From: Felis catus
Lineage: Eukaryota
Length of the DNA: 64,000 nucleotides
NCBI RefSeq assembly: GCF_018350175.1
Contig: NC_058368.1
Coordinates: 123,568,001-123,632,000 of the forward strand
Direction of reading: 5' to 3'
Shown here: positions 55,735-64,000 of the stretch, in pieces
How the letters are laid out: every line of letters begins with the position of its first letter
Numbering within the stretch: position 1 is the first letter of the stretch
Translations under genes and position numbers: made by a program
The notes under the pieces: model-generated
Told to the model about the DNA's origin: nothing
Seen by the model: the letters and a program-made list of their open reading frames with translations, nothing else
The model's database searches: none

Positions 55735-57195
55735 TGACTTGCCCTTTAAAGGGATTGTAAATAACATAATCTGCAACTCCTGGTATTGCTACTATACATA
55801 CACTGGATTCTTCCTGTACTTGAATTATCCCTGCTTTCCCTACCTATGTTTTTAAAGGAGAAAGACCTCTTTTTTTCTGACCTTTTGATACTAATAAAAA
55901 GATTAAGTGTTGAGTAGAAAAGTTTAATGTGAAAGAGGTAGAAATTTAAGTACTGAAAAAGAATTGATGACAGAATTGTACCACCTTTGCTACAGTCTGC
56001 AGGACTGAGTGGTATGACCCAAGAGTCATGTTGGTGTAGGAGAAGATGGTTTTAGGTGATAAAGGCTGTGCTGTGTGCTTTAAAATTGCAGATACATCTT
56101 AAATGCAGTTTGTTCTCATTTTCAGTTATTACTAAGAAGGGTATAATTCCTTTTGCTATTGATACTGCTAGAACCTTTTCAAGAGAGCTGGTATTATTTT
56201 CATCATATTAAATATATCCAAATGAAAATGGAGACTGTTGTCTTTGAAGTACAGAATTAATCTTTATACCTTCTTGTGGTTTGCAAACTTAGATGGCTGG
56301 CATACATGAGATGTTTTTCATTTTGATTTACTGAGTCCACATTAGATTTTCCAGTGGGCTATAGAGAAAAACTTCTAGGATTTCACTGTTCTTATACTGA
56401 AAGGCAAAATGGTAAATCAATTTTAATCTTTTGTTTAGTGTCATTAATAGATAACGCTATGGTTAATAGCAAGAGTTGTGAAGTTAATATGGGTTTGATT
56501 CAAGACTATCTGAGCCTTAAGTTTGCTCATATCAGCCACTTGGATAATATCTAATTCATCCAGTTCATAAGAATTAAATGAGATAATTTATGTTAAGTGC
56601 TCATTTAGTAGTTTTAATTACTGATAGCATTGCTATACAGATCAGTAAAGCCATTTAAACTTTAATCTTTTAGAAAATTTGCTCAATACTGGGAATAGCA
56701 GTCCAATTACCCGTCACTCCCAGGTCTATATCTGTGCACATATTATAGGATATTAATATATTTTTGGAACCACCACCTTGCCTCTCCCTCAGAAGGAGGA
56801 AATTGGTTGCTGTCTTAACAGTTTATGAGAATATCTGTCACATGCTGTTTCCTAAGATACTGAGGCTTTCCTATGGTGCTACACTGTAGTAAAACCAGCT
56901 TTTTATACTCAGGTTTCTCTACACTTACAAAGTTCTGTATGGCTGTAATTAGAATCTTACATACAAAATGCATGTGACGTCTTAAAATGTCTCAGACTTT
57001 TGATTCATTAGTTAAGTGGTCTGAGCACAGAAGTGATTTGGAGTGGAGGATGGGGAACAATATTTAAGCCTCTATTGTCTCCATAAACAAATTCTGCCAG
57101 TGCTTAGTGTTTCATTGATGCCTACCAGTGTTACTTTGTAACTTTAAATGGGGCAGCAGGATTAACATTTCTGTGTAGTTTTCCTTACAAAATTT

Positions 57196-57451
57196 CTTTT
57201 TTTTTTTAAGTCTATCATTTTTGAGAGGGAGAGAGGGAAGGTGACCAGACAGAGAGAGAAAGAATCCCGAGCAGGCTCTGCATGGTCAGTGTGGAGGCTT
57301 CGAGAGAGAGAGACAGAGACAGAATCCTAGCAGGTTCTGCATGGTCAGTGTGGAGCCTCACCTGGGGCTCGAACTCATGAACTGTGAGACCACAAACTGA
57401 GCTGAAATCAGGAGTCGGATGTTTAACTGACTCAGCCATCTAGGCGCCCCC
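57196..57451 (-). mobile_element. CAN-SINE with an internal duplication
   Basis: AGAATCC..GCAGG.TCTGCATGGTCAGTGTGGAG occurs twice. Confidence 0.85.
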
Positions 57452-57954
57452 TGCCCCTTATAAAATTGCTTATTCACTTTAGTCTGTCAAATATCTTTTA
57501 TAGTTTTATATTGTTTTTTTAATAATATTTATTGCCATATGTGTGGTAAGAATTGCTTCTAGTCTTCATTGAATGTAGTACAGTTCTTATAAGAAGCCAT
57601 GCAGTTTATTTAAAAATAACTTAAGATGATGTATTATGCCTAAGGAAATGCAGAAGACCAGAAATTTGAGGGAACAGTCTGTGAGAATGTTGAAGATGAT
57701 AATAAAAATAATAATGAAACTTGTAATATCCTCCCTGAGTGTGTACTGTGTGCTATACTCTTAGCTAAGTTCCTCCCGTATCTTTTGTCAGTTAATCTCT
57801 AATTATAGTCTTGTGGAGAATGGGTGCTCTTGTTATCTTCACTTTGTGGATAGATAAAGAAATTAAAACATGCAGATTACATAGAGAGTTTGATCAATGG
57901 AATAGAATTGAGAGTCTAGAAGTAAATCCATACACCTGTCATCAGTTGATTTTC

Positions 57955-58158
57955 TTTTTTCTTTTTTTTTTTTTTGAAAAACAACAAAACAAACAAAACT
58001 TAGGTTTTTAAATAGACTCACTTTTTTTTTTCAATATATGAAACTTATTGTCAAATTGGTTTCCATACAGCACCCAGTGCTCATCCTAAAAGGTGCCCTC
58101 CTCAATACCCATCACCCACCCTCCCCTCCCTCCCACCCCCCATCAACCCTCAGTTTGT
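57955..58158 (-). mobile_element. Young, severely 5'-truncated feline L1 3' end with two A-tails
   Basis: 58032-58158 CAATATATGAAACTTATTGTCAAATTGGTTTCCATAC...CCCTCAGTTTGTT matches the feline L1 3' terminus; 16-nt TSD at 57939-57954 and 58159-58174. Confidence 0.85.
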
Positions 58159-58218
58159 TCATCATTTGATTTTCAACACATGCTCTTGGAGCAGTGGGAT
58201 AGCCACAGGTAAAAAATG

Positions 58219-58420
58219 AGGGGCGCCTGGGTACCTGAGTCGGTTAAGCATCTGACTTCGGTTCAGGTCATGATCTTATGGTTTGTGAGTTTGAGCCCCG
58301 TGTCGGGCTCTGTGCTGACGGCTCAGAACCTGCAGACTGCTTCAGATTCTGTGTCTCTCTCTCTCTGCCCCTCCCTTGCTCGTGTTCTGTCTCTCTCAAA
58401 AATAAACAAACATTTAAAAA
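58219..58420 (+). mobile_element. CAN-SINE in L1
   Basis: TSD-like TAAAAAATGA. Confidence 0.88.
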
Positions 58421-58974
58421 ATGAAACAGACGCACCATATACAAAAATTAACTACAATTAAATGAAAAGTCCTGAAAGAAGAGCTGAAACCATAAAACTC
58501 TTAGAAGAAAACATAGATATAAACCCCCATAACCTTGTATTTGGTAGTCATTTCTTATATAAGACAATGAAAATGGAAGCAACAAAAGGAAAAGTGAATA
58601 AATTTTGATTTCATCAAAATTAAAAACTTTTATGCTTTCATAGACACCACTAGTAAGTAAAGTAAAAAATAAAGTCCACAGAATGGGAGAAAATAATTTG
58701 CAAATCGCATATCTCATAAGGGTCTAATATCCAGAATATGTAAAGAACTTTCAATAACTCACAAACAGAAAAGACAAATAATGTAATTTTTAAATGGACA
58801 GAATGTTTGAATAGACATTTTTCCACAAAGAGGATAAACCATTAGCCAACAAGCACACAAAAAGATGCTCAATATCATTAGTTATTAGGTAAATGCCAGT
58901 CATAACCACATAGAGATGCCACTTCACACTCACTAGGATAGGTTTTGGGTTTTTTTGTTTTTTGCTTTTTAAAT

Positions 58975-59176
58975 TGTTTTTAGTGTTTTATTTATATTTG
59001 AGAGAGAGAGTGTGTGTGAGCAGGGGAGGGGCAGAGAGAGACAGACAGAATCTGAAGCAGCCTGCAGGCTCTGAGCTGTCAGCACAGAGCTCAACATGGG
59101 GCTTGAACTATGAACTGTGAGATCATGACCCGACCTGAAGCAGATGCTTAACCAACTGAGCCACCCAGTTGCCCCG
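58975..59176 (-). mobile_element. CAN-SINE in L1
   Basis: Standard structure. Confidence 0.86.
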
Positions 59177-60094
59177 TTTTTTTTTTTGTTTTTTTTTTGT
59201 TTTGTTTTGTTTTTTAAGATAATTAACAAAACGGTATGGTAATTGTGGAAAATAGTTCACTTCCTCAACAAGTTAAATATAGAATTATTATAATATCCAA
59301 CACTTGCACTCTTGGGTATATAACCAAAAATAGAAAAGTATTTTCAAACAAAAACTTGTGCATGAATGTTCATGACAACACTATTCACAGTAGCCAAAAG
59401 GTGGAAATAATCCAAATGTCCATCAACTGATAAACAGATCACCAAAATGGTATACTCATATAGTGGAATAATATTCAGTCATAAAAAGGAGTGAAGTACT
59501 GATACATGCTGTGCTACAGTGTGGTTAATCCTTGAAAACATGCTCAGTGAGGGAGGCCAAACACTAAGCGCACATATATGTGATTACATATATGTGAAAT
59601 ACCTAGAATCCCTACAGACAGAAAGGTTGTCAAGGACTAAGGGAAGGAGGGAATGAGGAGTGTTTACTTAATGAGTATGGAGTTTCCATTTGGAGGAGTG
59701 AAAATATTTTAGAAGTGAATGGTGGTGATAGTTGCATATGTTGTGAATGTAGTAAATGTATTAATGGTGAGTTTTATGGTTTGTGTGTTTTACCCCAGTT
59801 AAAATAATGTTTGTTCACAATGGGATGGAGGTGTAATGAAATGAGTGAAGAAGGGAAGTCAGCACTAGGTGCAAGAATCAGAGCAGGGAATGGTATCAGA
59901 TGGTTAGATTAAGAGGACACTTCTGGAAAGGGGCCTCTGTTTTGGCCACTGACTCAGTAGAGAAAGAACTGTAGTTGAATTGCCAGTCCTCGGTTTTAGC
60001 GACCTACACCCTGGTGGTGGTAAAAGTGTGATGTCAGTAGCAGACTGGATTCTTGCTGAAAGTGAAAGCAGCATATTATTTAAAAGATCCAAAA

Positions 60095-60352
60095 TAGTTC
60101 TATCCAGTGGGACTTTACACAGTGGTGGAAATGTTCTATATCTGTGCTATTCAAGTACAGAAGTCAGTCAGTAACCGCATATGGCAGTTGAGAATTTGAA
60201 ATGGTGCTAGCGCTATTGAGGAACTAAATATTTAATTTTGAATTAATTTTAATTTAAATAGCCACATATGGCTAGTGTCTGCTGGCAATATATTGGAAAA
60301 GGCTGACAAAGTACATTTCTACCATCACAGAAAGTTTTACAGGACAGTGCTG
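60095..60352. mobile_element. MER3-like hAT-Charlie element
   Basis: GGAAATGTTCTATATCTGTGCT..., TAGCCACATATGGCTAGTG and CATCACAGAAAGTTTTACAGGACAGTGCTG. Confidence 0.65.
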
Positions 60353-60640
60353 TATTGAGGAGGATAGGCCTAGTATAAGTAACCCCCTTCCCACATCCAT
60401 AGGAGTGAAACAGTTTATCACATGTCTGCCAATTCAGACTCACTTTGAGGATTGACAGTTAGTGAGTTGAGGAACTTTAATGTGGCACCTTAATGTAGAA
60501 AGGAGAAAATACACAGGATGACTTACAGTTATCAATGCAGGCTGACTTTCTTTTCCACATGTAGTAGGAAAACAGAGGTATCTTTTATAAAATTTATGTA
60601 AGTATATTTTTTAAATATTTTGTATGTGTTTTATTTACAG

Positions 60641-60813
60641 AGGTAAAGAACTCAGAAGAACAGTATAATAAAATAGTAATACCAAATGAGGAAAGTGTTG
60701 TCATCTATTATAAGATTAGACAGCAGCTTGCCAAACTGGGTAAAGAAATTGAAGAATATATTCACAAACCAAAATACTGCTTACCATTTTTACAGCCAGG
60801 TCGTTTGGTAAAG
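60641..60813 (+). CDS. MTREX: MTREX exon 17 (173 nt; arch stalk)
   Basis: VKNSEEQYNKIVIPNEESVVIYYKIRQQLAKLGKEIEEYIHKPKYCLPFLQPGRLVK; |GTATGT. Confidence 0.96.
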
Positions 60814-60894
60814 GTATGTCATTTTTTTTTATAAATTATTTGGATGTTTCAGTATTTAATATTTTTTTCATCAAGATTTTAATTTTTTGTTTTT

Positions 60895-61090
60895 AATTTT
60901 TTAGTGTTTACTTCTTGAGAGGGGTGGCAGAGGGACAGAGAGAGGGGGAGACATAGAATCCGAAGTAGGCTCCAGGCTCTGAGCTGTCAGCACAGAGCCT
61001 GACGCAGGGCTCAAACTCATGAACTGAACTGCAAGATCGTGAACTGAGCCTAAGCCAGACGCTCAACCGACTGAGCCACCCAGGCGCCCC
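60895..61090 (-). mobile_element. CAN-SINE
   Basis: Standard structure. Confidence 0.86.
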
Positions 61091-61619
61091 TTAATTTTTT
61101 TTTTTCTTGTAGAAATGCTTCCTGCTACAAGACTTGATCTATATTAATTATGTTGTTTTTACACATTTCACATGGGATTGATTGGGGGTAGGGTCATGGG
61201 TGAAGACCTTTTCATCTTGGGGTATATAAATTGAAGTAGACACTTTTGGAAATAAAATATTTCCAGTAATCAAAAAATAGAAGCGGTTTTGTAGGTAGTT
61301 TTAAGAACTGGTTGAAGTCATTAGCTATAAAATATAGAAAGATTTCAGATATTTTCAGAACATATGCATCATATCATTTTAAAAATTTGATTGCCAGTTG
61401 AGAGATTCCTATTGCTATTCTAGAGGCCTGTGAAATTTGGTGGTCATTTCTTTCTTTAAGGCTAATAATCTTTTTACTTATGTTTAATAGTGATCTTTCA
61501 ACAAATATTTTACCAGGAAAACTCAAAATTTTCTTAGCCTATATATAACATGGGCATGGAAGTCTACAATTGCCTTTTGACATAAATGTTCTTGTTTACT
61601 TGCTTCCTTTTCTTTTTAG

Positions 61620-61688
61620 GTAAAGAATGAAGGAGATGATTTTGGCTGGGGAGTAGTGGTAAATTTCTCCAAAAAGTCAAATGTCAAG
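61620..61688 (+). CDS. MTREX: MTREX exon 18 (69 nt; KOW region); later exons lie beyond the window
   Basis: VKNEGDDFGWGVVVNFSKKSNVK; |GTAAGA. Confidence 0.96.
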
Positions 61689-62296
61689 GTAAGACATTTC
61701 CCTTAAGGTAGAATCATATATAAATTTTTCGTGAAGTTTTTTCAGACTCATGAAATTGATCAAAGTAGAGATAGCATTACTTTAAGAGAAGCTGTATTAA
61801 ATTCTACCATGAGGAATTAAGGTTTTGAATTATCTTAAATTTTATCCTTAAAGTGCTGTGGTTGTTTTCCTAACAACCACAAATTTTAATTTCATTACAA
61901 TATGCATGTCTTCTCTGAATTCATTAGTACTTTTTATAATTTTACTCTTTAAACTGAATATTAGAAAAAATTATCTTCTGACACTGAAAATTAGAATTTT
62001 GATTCAGGTATATAATAGAGATTTGAAGAAAAGGTATTAGAAGAGCTAGATTTACTTATTCCCTCTAAAGGAAGACAGTAATGAAGTTTACTTTGGTCAT
62101 TATTTATATAAATATTTTGGAAAGATTATTTGTATATAAAATCAAGGAAGATTTTGTTAACTTGTTACGTGAGTGACTGTCTTGAAATTAAGTTAGCCAT
62201 TCCGTCTGTTATATTTTCTGTCAGTGTGTAACCTCAGGCAAGATATTTTGTGTTTCCATGTATATTTTTCCTTATTTTTAAAAATGGATAGTTTTC

Positions 62297-62511
62297 GGGG
62301 CGCCTAGGTGGCGCAGTCGGTTGAGCGTCCGACTTCAGCCAGGTCACGATCTCGCGGTCCGGGAGTTCGAGCCCCGCGTCGGGCTCTGGGCTGATGGCTC
62401 AGAGCCTGGGGCCTGCTTCCGATTCTGTGCCTCCCTCTCTCTCTGCCCCTCCCCCGTTCATTCTGTGTCTCTCTCTGTCTCGAAAATAAATAAAACGTTA
62501 AAAAATTAAAA
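62297..62511 (+). mobile_element. Young feline SINE
   Basis: TSD AAAAAATGGATAGTTTTC. Confidence 0.93.
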
Positions 62512-64000
62512 AAAAAATGGATAGTTTTCATAAGATGGTATCTGCATTCTCATGAGGTTTACCGTTATGATTTTGTTGTCATTAACTTCTTTTTCCCACC
62601 TGCGAATGAAACATGTAGGAATTAAGCTTTCGGATTGGAAGTTATTCCTGATAAATGTAAATGAATTTGGAGATACTGAAGCATTTGTTTTGGAGAAACA
62701 ATTAAGTTCATGGGTTTGTAATGGGTGTTTTTGTGAGTGATCTGTGATTAATCCCACTGAAGAACTTCTTAAGGATATTCAGTTTGTTTTTACCATTTTG
62801 ATAAATTACCATATTCATTAGTAACTATAAGATTTGATTTTTAGGTATTGTCACACTTGGATCCCAATTTAATAAGCATTCATTGGCCACACGCAAAATC
62901 TCTGTGCTTACATCTTTTGGTGAACAGCAGAAAGCAGATAATTAAAATAAAAGGCAGGATAGTATAAGTATTTTAGTAAAGATGTAAATAAAGTGCATTT
63001 GTAGCACAGAGGAAGAAGAAATTATGTCTGAGCTATTAGAGATGGCATCTAATTAGGAAGATAATTTAAACTTTCAAAGGAACCTTGATGAAAGAGTAGT
63101 ATTCATTTAAGGAATATTTACCACTGGAGGAGCAGCGATGTGCAGCAGGCCCAGAACATTTCAGTTAAAGAGTAAAATTTTTAAAAGTATTGAAGTTAAT
63201 CATGGAAAATAGTTAAAATATACATTTGAGTATATTGGGTCTCAATCTAAACATGTGAAAACAATGGTAGAACGTATGTTTGAAGATGAGTTGGTTGGCT
63301 GATTGGTTTGCTTGCATTTAGTTTGGGTGTTAGTTTTTTTAATGTTTATTTTTGAGGGAGGGATTGATCTGATCAGAAGTTACTGTATTGTTACAGTGTT
63401 TGAAGGATATTGGAAGAGATAGCATAGTAGACGCAAGTTTGTCAATTTAAGGAGACTCTTACTCTTTCGGGAGTGAGTCAGAAGGAGGATGGTAATAGAA
63501 GGGTTCACATGGTGGAGACTGAGGAACTAAAATGGACAGACTTGTGTGGGAAGTTGGGGGGAGTGTCAGTGATGGTAAGGTTTCAAAAAAAGTTGGCTTT
63601 ATTGAGTCTTAACAGTATTAAACTGGATAAAGTTGCCTCTTTCATTCTGTCCTTCCCCTTTTTTAAAAACACATAATGAAGTGAAGCTTGGGATTTTAAC
63701 CTTGACAAAGATTGCATCGGTATTATTCATTTGAGTTGTGACTAGCTCTGACTTAGAGCCTTTTATATTTTCTATTTTACTACCTTTAGCCATGAGAAAC
63801 TATTAAATGCTTGCCTACCTCTTCTCCTTTCCATACACACACGCATTATTTTCTTTAGGAATAATTATTAGTAACTTAGATAACCTTTTCCTTGAGAAGC
63901 ACTTTAAAGGATGGTAGTCTTTATTGAAACTTCTGACAGCTGTTAAGTTCTGTTTTCTGTGTACACTGGAAAGTGTGGCAGTAAATGCTAAATGTTGTGG

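Larger units (their letters stand above)
57860..59800 (+). mobile_element. Old L1 (end of ORF2 plus 3' UTR), sense, hosting nested insertions
   Basis: ...DQWNRIESLEVNPYTCHQLIF resembles L1 ORF2; AAAGATGCTCAATATCATTAGTTATTAGG and CAAATGTCCATCAACTGAT motifs. Confidence 0.85.

Overview
Mammalian genomic DNA, most likely from a felid (feline-type CAN-SINEs and a feline L1 3' end). A CpG-island bidirectional promoter (~4.55-5.7 kb) drives DHX29 on the minus strand; only coding exon 1 (4638-4818) and part of intron 1 are in the window. The same promoter drives MTREX/SKIV2L2 (MTR4 helicase) on the plus strand: coding exons 1-18 span 5260-61688, give 2052 nt (684 codons) in one open frame with all-GT-AG introns, and the gene continues past the window end. 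The MTREX introns hold two processed pseudogenes: a 5'-truncated RPL12 copy (antisense, intron 1) and a near full-length DDX5 copy (sense, intron 16). They also hold about 47 CAN-SINEs, old L1/L2/MIR fragments, a MER21-like solo LTR and several DNA-transposon fossils. The most interesting observations are: (1) upstream AUGs in the DHX29 leader, including a weak-context out-of-frame AUG 7 nt before the start codon, which suggests autoregulation of this scanning helicase; (2) a short feline L1 with a mutated poly(A) signal and a 3' transduction; (3) an unexplained ~330-nt leader on the DDX5 retrocopy; (4) a recursive-splice-like junction at MTREX exon 18 and a long AG-free zone before exon 13. 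Gene and repeat family names come from recall of known sequences, not from a database search, and repeat boundaries are approximate.
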